Positions 38,309 through 48,581 of a stretch of DNA of 64,000 nt are shown here, piece by piece (positions within the stretch are counted from its first letter, which is position 1; every line of letters begins with the position of its first letter). This DNA comes from Candidatus Poribacteria bacterium (GTDB lineage Bacteria > Poribacteria > WGA-4E > WGA-3G). The notes beneath the pieces are model-generated. The model was given only the letters and a program-made list of their open reading frames with translations. It made no database searches and was not told the origin of the DNA. The stretch lies in the NCBI GenBank assembly GCA_963665235.2, contig CAXXLX010000002.1, forward strand, positions 1 through 64,000. Reading direction: 5' to 3'. A program made the translations under genes and the position numbers.

Positions 38309-38680
38309 ATGGAAGCTAAGGCTAAGATTCGGAACGTTTCGGTGGCACCCCGAAAAGCACGACTTGTCGCCGACCTCGTCAGGAATCAATATGTTGAAGA
38401 CGCTTTAAATCAATTGATGTTTACACATAAAGCGGCAGCACCTATCATTTACAAGCTGATTCAATCCGCAGTGGCAAACGCACAATATCAAGATTCCGCA
38501 GTGGATATCGCTAATTTGTACGTCAAAGAGATATGGGTCGATGAAGGAGTCACCCGAAAATGGATACGGCATAGAGCGAGAGGTATGGCAAACCGAATTC
38601 TAAAACGCCAAAGCCATATCACCGTCATCGTCGACGAGGAAGAGGAAGAAGAGGAGCACTTCGATTATGCTGATGAATAA
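38309..38680 (+). CDS. rplV: 50S ribosomal protein L22 (acidic C-terminal tail)
   Basis: PRKARLVADLVR, SAVANA, RARG, SHITV. Confidence 0.97.
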   Translation: MEAKAKIRNVSVAPRKARLVADLVRNQYVEDALNQLMFTHKAAAPIIYKLIQSAVANAQYQDSAVDIANLYVKEIWVDEGVTRKWIRHRARGMANRILKRQSHITVIVDEEEEEEEHFDYADE

Positions 38681-38739
38681 ACAGCAGCCCGTCCAACCTC
38701 TAAAATCACGACAGACGCTGTGTCCGACAGGAGGTTCGC

Positions 38740-39576
38740 GTGGGACAAAAAACTCATCCGCGTGGTTTACGCTTAGGAATAATTAAAACCTGGGATTCAA
38801 AATGGTACAGCGACCGAGATTATGCAAAGTGGCTGCACGAAGATTTCCAGATTCAAAAATACGTCAAAGAGCAATTGGAACGGGCCGGCATTTCGCGCAT
38901 CGTAGTCGAACGGGTCGCAGAGAAATGCACCGTGAATATACATACTGCCCGACCCGGGGTCGTTATCGGACGGAGAGGCGTTGAAGCTGAAAAACTTCAG
39001 GCAGAACTCGAAAAACTTATCGGGCGACCCGTTAAAATTAACGTCGAGGAAATTAAAGTCCCCGAATTGGATGCACAACTCCTCGCCGAAGCTGTCGCAA
39101 CCCAAATCGAACGCCGCATCAGCTATAAACAAGCCATGCACCGAAATATCGCCGTTTCAATGCAAGCGGGGGCTAAAGGCGTGAAAGTCATGGTCAGCGG
39201 CAGGCTTGATGGCAAGGAAATCGCACGAACTGAATCCAGTCTAGAAGGACGAGTCCCTTTACATACACTCCGCGCCGATATAGACTACGGATTCACCGAA
39301 GCCAATACCACTTACGGAAAAATTGGCGTAAAAGCCTGGATTTTCAAAGGCGAAATCATTGAACTCCCTGAAGAACTCAGAGGTGAACCTTTAACCCGAC
39401 GGCAACCTAGTAGTAAACGCGACGATGTGGGAAGCCCAAGAACCGAGCAGCAAAGAACAAACACACGGCGCAACACCAGAAACCAACCGGGCGGACAGCG
39501 AAACCGAAACCAAGGACGCGGCAAACCCAGAGGGAGACAACAGAGAGGCAGCGGTAGACAAAACAGGAATAACTAA
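38740..39576 (+). CDS. rpsC: 30S ribosomal protein S3 (long basic C-terminal tail)
   Basis: GQKTHP, ARPGVVIG, GRVPLHTLRADIDY. Confidence 0.98.
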   Translation: MGQKTHPRGLRLGIIKTWDSKWYSDRDYAKWLHEDFQIQKYVKEQLERAGISRIVVERVAEKCTVNIHTARPGVVIGRRGVEAEKLQAELEKLIGRPVKINVEEIKVPELDAQLLAEAVATQIERRISYKQAMHRNIAVSMQAGAKGVKVMVSGRLDGKEIARTESSLEGRVPLHTLRADIDYGFTEANTTYGKIGVKAWIFKGEIIELPEELRGEPLTRRQPSSKRDDVGSPRTEQQRTNTRRNTRNQPGGQRNRNQGRGKPRGRQQRGSGRQNRNN

Positions 39577-39631
39577 ATACTGGAAACGTTTACCTAAACC
39601 TATCATAAACTGACCGAAGGAGACATTCAAA

Positions 39632-40048
39632 ATGTTGATGCCAAAACGAGTAATGCATCGATATGTACACCGGGGTAAACGCCGGGGTAAACCTAAAAGA
39701 GGCTCCCAAATTAGCTTCGGGGAATACGGACTACAAGCGATGGAAGCCGGATGGATTACCAGCAACCAAATTGAATCCGCACGAGTTGCCATCACACGTC
39801 ACGTGCGCCGGGGTGGAAAAATTTGGATCAAAATTTTTCCGCACAAACCTATTAGCAAAAAGGCAGCCGAAACGCGGATGGGCGGCGGCAAAAAGGGCGG
39901 TGCTGAATCCTGGGTAGCCGTTGTCAAACCCGGTAGAATCCTCTATGAACTCAGCGGCGTTTCCCTCGAAGACGCAAAGGGGGCAATGGAACGAGCCGCC
40001 CACAAATTGCCTATCAAAACCAAATTCGTCGCACGGGGTGAAATATAG
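39632..40048 (+). CDS. rplP: 50S ribosomal protein L16
   Basis: [19 protein letters not shown]. Confidence 0.97.
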   Translation: MLMPKRVMHRYVHRGKRRGKPKRGSQISFGEYGLQAMEAGWITSNQIESARVAITRHVRRGGKIWIKIFPHKPISKKAAETRMGGGKKGGAESWVAVVKPGRILYELSGVSLEDAKGAMERAAHKLPIKTKFVARGEI

Positions 40049-40050
40049 CC

Positions 40051-40245
40051 ATGAAAGCTGATGAATTCAGAACAAAGTCAAATGACGAACTACACAGTGA
40101 ACTAGAGACGCTTAAAGAGAACCTTTTTAACCAAAGATTCCGAAGCATCCTAGGGCAACTTGAAGACACTACGCGTCCGGGCAAAATTCGGAAGGACATC
40201 GCACGGATCAAAACTATTCTACGGGCACGCGAGCTAGAAGAATAG
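40051..40245 (+). CDS. rpmC: 50S ribosomal protein L29
   Basis: LFNQRF, RKDIARIKT. Confidence 0.95.
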   Translation: MKADEFRTKSNDELHSELETLKENLFNQRFRSILGQLEDTTRPGKIRKDIARIKTILRARELEE

Positions 40246-40271
40246 ACATAAAACTGAAACCGGCATACTTA

Positions 40272-40739
40272 TACCATTTTTATTAATTATTCTATCATTA
40301 CCGGTTGTTGGAAATGAAACGGAGAACGGAAGACCCAAACTGGAAGTTTATGCTACAAGAACGCACAAACTAAAAGTTTATGCTACAAGAACGCACAAAC
40401 TGGAAGTTTATGCTACAAGAACGCACAAACTAAAAGTTTATGCTACAAGAACGCACAAACTATGCTAAGTTTATGCTACAAGAACGCACAAACTGGAAGT
40501 TTATGCTACAAGAACGCACAAACACAAACTGGAAGTTTATGCTACAAGAACGCACAAACTGGAAGTTTATGCTACAAGAACGCACAAACTGGAAGTTTAT
40601 GCTACAAGAACGCACAAACTGGAAGTTTATGCTACAAGAACGCACAAACTGGAAGTTTATGCTACAAGAACGCACAAACTGGAAGTTTATGCTACAAGAA
40701 CGCACAAACTGGAAGTTTATGCTACAAGAACGCACAAAT
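40272..40739 (+). repeat. MITE family 1 left end plus ~13 x 30-bp REP tandem array (right end not seen)
   Basis: TTA|TACCATTTTTATTAATTATTCTA...; unit CACAAACTGGAAGTTTATGCTACAAGAACG. Confidence 0.85.
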
Positions 40740-40835
40740 TAGTATACCGAAAACTTGGCGGACACTTAAAAGTGAAACCCCAACGGAACTCACGTAACTC
40801 ACGTCTCATACTAAGAGACCCGAAAAGAGGATAAG

Positions 40836-41111
40836 TTGAACGTGGAAAAACGAAGACACCGCAAAATCCGAACCGGCACAGTCGTCAGCAATCGCATGGC
40901 GAAAACTGTCAGTGTCGCAATCGTTCGGAGATATCAACATCCACTTTACAAAAAAGTCATACGCTCCACCAAAAAGATTCTTGCACATGACGAGCAGAAT
41001 CGTTGTAATGTCGGAGATGTTGTACAGGTGATTGAAAGTCGACCGCTCAGCCGACGCAAACGCTGGCGCGTCCAAAAAATACTATCAGTGGCACAAGCCG
41101 CCACCGATTAA
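40836..41111 (+). CDS. rpsQ: 30S ribosomal protein S17
   Basis: GTVVSNRMAKT, HPLYKK, AHDE, SRPLS. Confidence 0.96.
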   Translation: MNVEKRRHRKIRTGTVVSNRMAKTVSVAIVRRYQHPLYKKVIRSTKKILAHDEQNRCNVGDVVQVIESRPLSRRKRWRVQKILSVAQAATD

Positions 41112-41212
41112 ACCGATAGACAACCGTAAGACCTACGTTGGCAGGCACGTCTATATAAACAATAAATCTTCGGATTTATCTAAGTTCTAAGGAGCGGAAG
41201 GAAGGTACCGCA

Positions 41213-41587
41213 ATGGTTCAATCTTACACCCGATTAACCTGCGCTGATAATACAGGAGCCCGAAAATTAATGTGCATTAGCGTACTCGGCGGGACACGAC
41301 GGCACTATGCCAGAGTCGGCGATATCATTGTCGCAAGCATTAAAGAGGCAGCTCCAAATACCCAAGTCAACGCCGGGGAAATCGTTCATGCTGTTGTCGT
41401 CCGAACTGCTAAAGAGTATCGCCGTCAAGATGGCTCCTATATCAAGTTCGACCAAAACGCAGCAGTACTTATCGACCCGCAGAACGATAATCGGCCCCGG
41501 GGGACACGGATTTTCGGACCGGTCGCCCGTGAACTGCGAGAAAAAAAATTCACGCGAATCGTTTCGTTAGCCCCTGAAGTCATCTAG
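41213..41587 (+). CDS. rplN: 50S ribosomal protein L14
   Basis: [32 protein letters not shown]. Confidence 0.98.
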   Translation: MVQSYTRLTCADNTGARKLMCISVLGGTRRHYARVGDIIVASIKEAAPNTQVNAGEIVHAVVVRTAKEYRRQDGSYIKFDQNAAVLIDPQNDNRPRGTRIFGPVARELREKKFTRIVSLAPEVI

Positions 41588-41598
41588 GAGAAAATCGC

Positions 41599-41832
41599 AT
41601 GTCTCAGAAAAAACTGCATATCAAAAAAGATGACTTAGTTGTCGTCTTGAGTGGACAGGACCGAGGAAAGAGCGGCGTTGTGTTAGAAGTATTTCCCAAA
41701 AAAAACAGAGCGATTGTTGAGGGAATCCATTTCGTCAAACGCCACATGCGCCCCAATCAAGCAGGACAAGGCGGAATCGTAGAACGTGAAGGCACTATTC
41801 ACATCTCTAATCTAAAGAGAGTTGAAAACTAG
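41599..41832 (+). CDS. rplX: 50S ribosomal protein L24 (short, 77 aa)
   Basis: KOW motif IKKDDLVVVLSGQDRGK, EGTIHISN. Confidence 0.93.
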   Translation: MSQKKLHIKKDDLVVVLSGQDRGKSGVVLEVFPKKNRAIVEGIHFVKRHMRPNQAGQGGIVEREGTIHISNLKRVEN

Positions 41833-41872
41833 CACCATCATCTCTACCCGAACGTGATAGGATATAACCCGG

Positions 41873-42412
41873 ATGAGCCCATTTAAAACATTTTATCAAA
41901 CCGAAGTTGTTCCCGCATTACAGAACCAGTTTCATTACAAAAATGTGATGCAGATACCCAAACTGGAGAAAATTACCTTAAATATCGGCATCGGGGAAGC
42001 CATTCAGAACCCAAAGGCACTGCAAGATGCTGTTGAAGAATTAACACAGATTGCCGGCCAACGAGCGATTATCACACACGCAAAAAAATCCGTATCCGCC
42101 TTTAAGGTTCGCGAAGGCAATGCTATTGGATGCAAGGTTACGCTCCGACAACAACGGATGTACGAATTCCTCAACCGATTAATCAACGTAGTACTCCCCC
42201 AAATTCGGGATTTCCGGGGAGTCTCTCCAGATGCTTTTGATGGCAGAGGAAATTATTCACTCGGCCTAACAGAACAACTCATTTTTCCCGAAATCGATTA
42301 TGACCAAGTCAATGACATACGAGGCATGAACGTCACAATTGTGACAACGGCTAAAACTGATGAAGAAGCACATGCCCTATTACGGGAACTTGGGATGCCC
42401 TTCCGTCAGTAA
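41873..42412 (+). CDS. rplE: 50S ribosomal protein L5
   Basis: PKLEKI, RDFRG, FDGRGNY, FPEIDYD. Confidence 0.98.
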   Translation: MSPFKTFYQTEVVPALQNQFHYKNVMQIPKLEKITLNIGIGEAIQNPKALQDAVEELTQIAGQRAIITHAKKSVSAFKVREGNAIGCKVTLRQQRMYEFLNRLINVVLPQIRDFRGVSPDAFDGRGNYSLGLTEQLIFPEIDYDQVNDIRGMNVTIVTTAKTDEEAHALLRELGMPFRQ

Positions 42413-42541
42413 AATCTTAACGTTTATACCGGACCGACAGGCGCAAATCCAACCCGTTATAGCAAACAGAGCATAGCCGTTCTGAAACTACGAAGTTTTT
42501 TAGGGTGCCTCTCTCAATTCTTGTAAAGGAGTACATGAAAA

Positions 42542-42727
42542 TTGGCAAGTAAATCATGGATTGCACGACATAAGAAAACCCCACGTTTCCGCTCACGCAA
42601 ATATAACCGTTGCAAAACTTGCGGACGCGCCCGGGGATACCTCCGGAAATTTGAATTATGTCGTATCTGCTTTCGGCTCTTCGCACGCGCCGGAAAAATA
42701 CCCGGGGTCAGAAAGGCTAGCTGGTAA
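42542..42727 (+). CDS. rpsN: 30S ribosomal protein S14, Zn-binding type
   Basis: RCKTCGR...[15 protein letters not shown]. Confidence 0.95.
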   Translation: MASKSWIARHKKTPRFRSRKYNRCKTCGRARGYLRKFELCRICFRLFARAGKIPGVRKASW

Positions 42728-42744
42728 CACAAGGAGAAGGTTTC

Positions 42745-43146
42745 ATGGCAATGACAGACCCGATTGCGGATATGTTAACCCGAATGCGCAACGCCAATAT
42801 GGCGGGGCATGAACGCGTCGAAATTCCCGCATCAAACATTAAACTTGAGATAGCACGAATCCTCGCTGATGAAGGATTTATCCGAAACTATAGTTTTATC
42901 GAAGATGCCAAACAGGGAATTTTACGCATCCATCTGAAATACGGAGCACATAATAAAGAGAAAGCTATTACCAACCTCAAGAGAATTAGCAAACCCGGCA
43001 GACGCGTCTACGTAAAAGCCGATAAACTGCCACGAGTCTACGGCGATCTCGGCATTGCTATACTCTCAACATCGCAAGGACTCAAAACCTCTATGGAGTG
43101 CAGACGCACCAAAATTGGAGGCGAAGTCCTCTGCTACGTTTGGTAA
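42745..43146 (+). CDS. rpsH: 30S ribosomal protein S8
   Basis: [30 protein letters not shown]. Confidence 0.98.
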   Translation: MAMTDPIADMLTRMRNANMAGHERVEIPASNIKLEIARILADEGFIRNYSFIEDAKQGILRIHLKYGAHNKEKAITNLKRISKPGRRVYVKADKLPRVYGDLGIAILSTSQGLKTSMECRRTKIGGEVLCYVW

Positions 43147-43201
43147 CAACACAACACGCGGCTACAAAGCGCACCCACAAAATCTTAAGTGGAGAAATCA
43201 A

Positions 43202-43768
43202 ATGTCACGTATTGGACAAACACCTATTCCAATTCCAAACACGGTGAAAGTTGATTGCAACGAACAAGAAATTCACGTAGAAGGACCGAAAGGGAAACTC
43301 AATTGGATATTCCCCAACGGCATTCATGTCAACGTTGCAGAAAACACTATCAACGTCACACGAACCAGTGAGCTGAAACGACATAAAGCGTTACATGGAT
43401 TAACCCGAAGCCTCATCGCAAATATGATCACAGGCGTTTCGGAAGGGTTCGAAAAAACGCTCCGAGTCGTCGGAACAGGCTACCGCGCCGAAGTCAACCA
43501 TCAGAATATACTCACGCTCGATGTTGGTTATTCACATACTGTCACCTATACCCCACCAGATGGGATAACACTCAGCGTGGAACCTTCCGAGAATATAGAC
43601 GGCCAAACGCACACGCCAATACGCGTCACTGGCATCGATAAGCAGTTGGTAGGACAAACAGCAGCTTCTATTCGCCAAATTAAGAAGCCTGAAGTCTATA
43701 AACCTTGTAAAGGTATTAGATACGAAGGCGAACGCGTCCGAGATAAAGTCGGAAAAGTGGCAGGATAA
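43202..43768 (+). CDS. rplF: 50S ribosomal protein L6
   Basis: MSRIG, GPKGKL, GIDKQLVG, PEVYK..KGIRY. Confidence 0.97.
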   Translation: MSRIGQTPIPIPNTVKVDCNEQEIHVEGPKGKLNWIFPNGIHVNVAENTINVTRTSELKRHKALHGLTRSLIANMITGVSEGFEKTLRVVGTGYRAEVNHQNILTLDVGYSHTVTYTPPDGITLSVEPSENIDGQTHTPIRVTGIDKQLVGQTAASIRQIKKPEVYKPCKGIRYEGERVRDKVGKVAG

Positions 43769-43795
43769 CAGCCGAAAACACCGGGAGGAAAACCT

Positions 43796-44164
43796 TTGGA
43801 AAGAACAAAGAAAAAGCGAATTAACTATCTAAGACGCAAAAAGCGGGTGCGATGGAAAATTAACGGAACAAAACAACGCCCCAGACTTTCTGTGTCTAGA
43901 AGTCTCAAGCATATTTATGCACAAATCATCGACGATGAAAACGGCACTACACTCGTACATGCCTCCAGCTTATCGCCTGAATTGAAGACGAAAACTGATA
44001 ATGGCGGAAAACTACAAACCGCCCAAAACGTCGGACAACTCATCGCACAAAAGGCAAAAGCACATCAGATTGAGACTGTTATCTTTGACCGAGGCGGCTA
44101 TCTCTATCATGGACGTGTTAAAGCCCTCGCCGATGCCGCAAGGAAAGAAGGCCTTAAGTTTTAA
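43796..44164 (+). CDS. rplR: 50S ribosomal protein L18
   Basis: [29 protein letters not shown]. Confidence 0.97.
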   Translation: MERTKKKRINYLRRKKRVRWKINGTKQRPRLSVSRSLKHIYAQIIDDENGTTLVHASSLSPELKTKTDNGGKLQTAQNVGQLIAQKAKAHQIETVIFDRGGYLYHGRVKALADAARKEGLKF

Positions 44165-44205
44165 CCGAACCAGACCAACGCCCGGTCCCTAGAGAGGAGA
44201 CTTTT

Positions 44206-44715
44206 TTGCGAAAAGAAAGAATTAACCCTGAAGATTACGAATTTGAAGAACGACCCATTGCAATTAATCGGGTAATGCGTGTTGGAAAAGGACGCCGCAC
44301 CCCCAGCTTTAACGCGCTCTCTGTCGTTGGCAATCGGGACGGTATTGTCGGAATCGGATTCGGCAGCGCAAGTGAAATCACGGGAGCCCTCCGAAAAAGC
44401 TCCGCTGACGCACGCAAAAATCTGATACGTGTACCGCTGACTGATGGAACACTGCCACACGAAATTATCTGTGAATTCAAAGCCGCAAAAGTTTTGCTCA
44501 AACCCGCAAGACCCGGCACCGGAATCATTGCAGGACATGCAACACGCGCTATACTGGAATTCGCAGGAGTACGCGACGCACTTACCAAATGTCTTTCCTC
44601 ACGAAATGTGAAGAATATCGCCGAAGCCACGATGATTGGATTAAAAAATCTCAAAGATATCAACGAGGTCGCGCGAATCCGAGGCAAGACAGTCGAAGAA
44701 TTGTTACACAAATAG
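44206..44715 (+). CDS. rpsE: 30S ribosomal protein S5
   Basis: INRV, VVGN, PARPGTGIIAG. Confidence 0.96.
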   Translation: MRKERINPEDYEFEERPIAINRVMRVGKGRRTPSFNALSVVGNRDGIVGIGFGSASEITGALRKSSADARKNLIRVPLTDGTLPHEIICEFKAAKVLLKPARPGTGIIAGHATRAILEFAGVRDALTKCLSSRNVKNIAEATMIGLKNLKDINEVARIRGKTVEELLHK

Positions 44716-44771
44716 GGCAACAAGACGCACAACTGAGCCTGCACAGGCAAAACTAAGGAATGGTAGACACC

Positions 44772-45218
44772 ATGAAACTCAATGAACTCAAACCCCCTCG
44801 GGGCGCAAACCGGCCCAAAAAACGGGTCGGACGCGGAAATGCATCAGGACGAGGCGGCACATGCGGACGCGGACACAAGGGACAAAAATCCCGAGCCGGC
44901 AGCTCCATCCCCGCATGGTTCGAAGGCGGACAAATGCCACTCGTACGACGACTCCCAAAACGGGGGCCCAGACGCACCGGACATAAACGCCTCGAATACC
45001 ACATCGTCAACGTAGAAACCCTCAACCTTTTTGAGGAAGAGGGTGTTGTCAACCCGGAACGCCTTCGAGAAGCAGGTATCGTTAAACGCAGAAACGCACG
45101 CATAAAGATACTCGGCGATGGTGAACTTGAAAAACGACTCAACGTACAGGCACATCGCTTCTCAAAGGCAGCAATTCAAAAAATTGAAGCAAAAGGCGGC
45201 ACCACCGAGGTGATATAA
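44772..45218 (+). CDS. rplO: 50S ribosomal protein L15
   Basis: RVGRG, GHKGQKSR, FEGGQMPL, KILGDGEL. Confidence 0.97.
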   Translation: MKLNELKPPRGANRPKKRVGRGNASGRGGTCGRGHKGQKSRAGSSIPAWFEGGQMPLVRRLPKRGPRRTGHKRLEYHIVNVETLNLFEEEGVVNPERLREAGIVKRRNARIKILGDGELEKRLNVQAHRFSKAAIQKIEAKGGTTEVI

Positions 45219-46556
45219 GTGATTAAGGCATTTCAAAACGCATCTAAAATCCCTGAATTACGAAAGCGCATCGTTTTCACCGCGCTACTTTTGATTGTCT
45301 ACCGACTCGGCGCACATATTACGCTGCCCGGCATCGACGATATAGCACTAAAGGTTTTTTTTGATGGGCTCACCGAACGAACGGGGAGTGCCATTGCATT
45401 TATTGATGTCTTCTCCGGCGGAGCTTTCAGCCAAATGACAATCTTCGCACTCGGCATCCAGCCCTATATTAGCGCATCAATCATTATGCAGCTCCTGGCA
45501 GTTATTGTCCCCGCCTTGGAAAAACTCTCCAAGGAGCCAGACGGCCGTAAGAAAATTACGCAATACACTCGATACGGCACCGTCCTCCTCAGTATCGTGC
45601 AGGGGTTCACAATTAGCATCGTCTTGAGAAATCCTGAACAGCTTATCTCCGGAGATGTCGGCCAAGTCGTCATTAATCCAAGCATCTGGTGGCATGGACT
45701 CGTCGTCCTAACACTCACCGCAGGCACAGCTTTTGTCATGTGGCTCGGTGAACAAATTACCGAACGCGGTATCGGGCAAGGAATTTCCTTGATTATCACC
45801 GTCGGTATTATTGCTGGATTACCGGGGGGAGTCTCTACCGTCTTCACGCAGCTCTTTAATAACCCACGTTTTGGAATTCCACAGCTCCTTATCCTAGTCG
45901 TTCTCGTCATCATCGCAGTGAGCGGCACCGTTTTTATCGTGCTTTCTGAACGCAGAGTCCCCGTTCAATATGGACGCCAAATCCGAGGACGCAGAGTCTT
46001 TGGTGGGCAGACAACACACCTCCCCCTCAAAGTCAACGCAGCAGGCATGATTCCGATTATCTTCGCTGTAACTTTGATGACGTTCCCAAGTGTAATCATC
46101 GGATTTTTGCCACAGGATTGGACCTGGGTCGCCTGGGTCGCACGATTAATCGACCCCGGCGCACCTTTATATCTCATCGTTTATGCACTCTTGATTATCG
46201 GATTCACCTATTTCTACACCGCAGTCCAAATCAACCCTGTGCAAATGGCAGAAAACTTACAGAAATATGGCGGTTTTATCCCAGGCGTTCGCCCGGGCAA
46301 ACAAACAGCCGATTATATCAACACAACCCTCACACGAATCACGCTCCCAGGCGCACTCTTCCTCGCCGCTATCTCCGTGATACCCATTATTATCACCACC
46401 CGATTGGGAATCGGAAACATGGTCGAAGGGGCTTCTGTTCTGATTGTTGTCGGGGTTGTCTTGGATACAATGTCACAAATCGAATCCTACTTAACCATGC
46501 GGCATTATGATGGCTTCCTAAAGGATAGACGTTTGAAAGGGCGCCGAGGCAGGTAA
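45219..46556 (+). CDS. secY: Preprotein translocase subunit SecY
   Basis: IFALGIQPYISASII, WLGEQIT, AGMIPIIFA, IPGVRPG. Confidence 0.98.
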   Translation: MIKAFQNASKIPELRKRIVFTALLLIVYRLGAHITLPGIDDIALKVFFDGLTERTGSAIAFIDVFSGGAFSQMTIFALGIQPYISASIIMQLLAVIVPALEKLSKEPDGRKKITQYTRYGTVLLSIVQGFTISIVLRNPEQLISGDVGQVVINPSIWWHGLVVLTLTAGTAFVMWLGEQITERGIGQGISLIITVGIIAGLPGGVSTVFTQLFNNPRFGIPQLLILVVLVIIAVSGTVFIVLSERRVPVQYGRQIRGRRVFGGQTTHLPLKVNAAGMIPIIFAVTLMTFPSVIIGFLPQDWTWVAWVARLIDPGAPLYLIVYALLIIGFTYFYTAVQINPVQMAENLQKYGGFIPGVRPGKQTADYINTTLTRITLPGALFLAAISVIPIIITTRLGIGNMVEGASVLIVVGVVLDTMSQIESYLTMRHYDGFLKDRRLKGRRGR

Positions 46557-47164
46557 TACCATTTTTATTAATTATTCTATCATTACCGGTTGTTAGAAAT
46601 GAAACGGAGAACGGAGGACCCAAACTGGAAGTTTATGCTACGATAAAGCACACAAACTGGAAGTTTATGCTACCATGCACAAACTGGAAGTTTATGCTAC
46701 CATGCACAAACTGGAAGTTTATGCTACGATAAAGCACACAAACTGGAAGTTTATGCTACCATGCACAAACTGGAAGTTTATGCTACGATAAAGCACACAA
46801 ACTGGAAGTTTATGCTACCATGCACAAACTAAAAGTTTATGCTACGATAAAGCACACAAACTGGAAATGCTACGATAAAGCACACAAACTGGAAGTTTAT
46901 GCTTTGAAAGCTACCATGCACAAACTGGAAGTTTATGCTACCATGCACAAACTGGAAGTTTATGCTACGATAAAGCACACAAACTGGAAGTTTATGCTAC
47001 CATGCACAAACTAAAAGTTTATGCTACCATGCACAAACTGGAAGTTTATGCTACGATAAAGCACACAAAAAACCATGCACAAACTGGAAGTTTATGCTAC
47101 GATAAAGTGCACAAACTGGAAGTTTATGCTACGATAAAGTGCACAAACTGGAAGTTTATGCTAC
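46557..47164 (+). repeat. MITE family 1 left end inserted at the secY TAA, plus ~18 REP units of two interleaved lengths (27 and 32 bp)
   Basis: Core CACAAACTGGAAGTTTATGCTAC with linker CATG or GATAAAG(C/T)(A/G); no right end. Confidence 0.85.
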
Positions 47165-47196
47165 CAAATAGGGAACATCTGCCGAAAAGGAAAATT

Positions 47197-47313
47197 ATGA
47201 AAGTCCGAGCTTCTGTCAAAAAAATATGTAACCGTTGTAAAATTGTCAAAAGAAAAGGGGTCGTCCGCGTCTTGTGCCCAGCAAACCCTCGGCACAAACA
47301 GAGACAGGGATAA
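47197..47313 (+). CDS. rpmJ: 50S ribosomal protein L36
   Basis: [38 protein letters not shown]. Confidence 0.97.
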   Translation: MKVRASVKKICNRCKIVKRKGVVRVLCPANPRHKQRQG

Positions 47314-47340
47314 ACCCATACCTTCCATAAGGAGGAAACC

Positions 47341-47736
47341 ATGGCACGGATTGCAGGGGTCGATTTACCCCGTAACAAACGAGTAGACATCGCGCTAACT
47401 GCCATCTACGGCATCGGCCGATATACTGCTACGCAAATCGTCACTGACCTTAACATTGACCCGGCTAAACAGGTCGATTCCCTCGCTGAAAACGAAATCA
47501 GCCTACTCCGAGATAAGCTGAACGAAGGCTATAAAGTCGAAGGGGACCTGCGCCGAGAAGTCGATCAGAACATTAAACGGCTCATGGATATTAACAGCTA
47601 CCGCGGACTGCGCCACCGACGACAGTTACCCGTGCGAGGCCAACGCACAAATACAAACGCCCGCACACGCAAAGGCAAAGCCCGAACCATTTCTGTCGGG
47701 AGAAAAGCTAAAGAAGCAGCACGCAAGGGCGGTTAA
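47341..47736 (+). CDS. rpsM: 30S ribosomal protein S13
   Basis: [31 protein letters not shown]. Confidence 0.98.
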   Translation: MARIAGVDLPRNKRVDIALTAIYGIGRYTATQIVTDLNIDPAKQVDSLAENEISLLRDKLNEGYKVEGDLRREVDQNIKRLMDINSYRGLRHRRQLPVRGQRTNTNARTRKGKARTISVGRKAKEAARKGG

Positions 47737-47833
47737 GAGCCGCTGAACCCGGAAAACCACCCCTTTGCAACGTGTGTTGGTCAACAAAATATGCAACCAA
47801 CGCACGTTGCCGAACGGATAAAGGAGAAACAGT

Positions 47834-48205
47834 TTGCGCTCACGAAGAAGAGAACGAAAAAATGTACCTGAGGGCATCGCCCATATCCAGGCAACATTTA
47901 ATAATACAATCGTCACTATCACCGACCCCAATGGGAATACTATCGCATGGGCAAGCGCAGGAATGACGTTCCCCGGCTCAAGAAAATCCACACCCTTCGC
48001 AGCACAGCAAACCGCTGAAGCATGCGCGCGAAAAGCTATGGAACACGGTGTCAAACGCGTTGAGGTCAGAGTCAAAGGCCCCGGCTCCGGACGAGAATCA
48101 TCTATTCGCGCACTCGCCGCCGCTGGGCTCGAAATTACATTGCTAAAGGATATGACACCTATCCCCCACAACGGCTGTCGACCGCCCAAAAGACGACGCG
48201 TCTAA
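47834..48205 (+). CDS. rpsK: 30S ribosomal protein S11
   Basis: [33 protein letters not shown]; AAGGAG before TTG. Confidence 0.97.
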   Translation: MRSRRRERKNVPEGIAHIQATFNNTIVTITDPNGNTIAWASAGMTFPGSRKSTPFAAQQTAEACARKAMEHGVKRVEVRVKGPGSGRESSIRALAAAGLEITLLKDMTPIPHNGCRPPKRRRV

Positions 48206-48256
48206 CCCTTTTCCCACCATCGGGAATGTAGGCACACCGACGTTTCGCCTTTTTAT

Positions 48257-48285
48257 TTGCAAAACGGCTAAAAATGTGGTATACT
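48257..48285 (+). promoter_or_regulatory. Internal sigma70 promoter upstream of rpsD-rpoA-rplQ
   Basis: TTGCAA-17bp-(TGG)TATACT. Confidence 0.55.
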
Positions 48286-48341
48286 TTATAATTTGTTGGC
48301 AAGAGGACCAACTTACGCGGTACGGAAAAATTGAAATAGTA

Positions 48342-48509
48342 CAGGACTTACGCAAATTTAGCAGGCCCCTCAGTATTCGGGCAAACGGTTTCCCGCTCCT
48401 CTGGGCGAGGTTTCCCCGTCCGCTCGTAGGGTCGGGGTTTCCCCGCCCGCTAGATTTGCCTCTAAATCCCACTATCATAAGGATTTATCAATGCGCTGCA
48501 TAAGTCCTG
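48342..48509. mobile_element. MITE family 4 (CAGGACTTA...TAAGTCCTG) with internal REPs
   Basis: Homologous ends and subterminal sequence to 3774-3885. Confidence 0.7.
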
Positions 48510-48581
48510 ATAGTATTTTGGAAAACAACGTTCCCGCTAAATTTTTACGAATAGCTAACTGTATCATAAACAAGGAGACAC

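Noticed and set aside
40440-40797. Repeat-derived ORFs (TNWKFMLQER, QTGSLCYKNA and HKLEVYAT peptides; also 11498, 46820, 47002, 53234, 55387)
   Set aside because: Open only because the repeat unit lacks stops in several frames; no RBS; the 47002 ORF is a spurious extension of rpmJ
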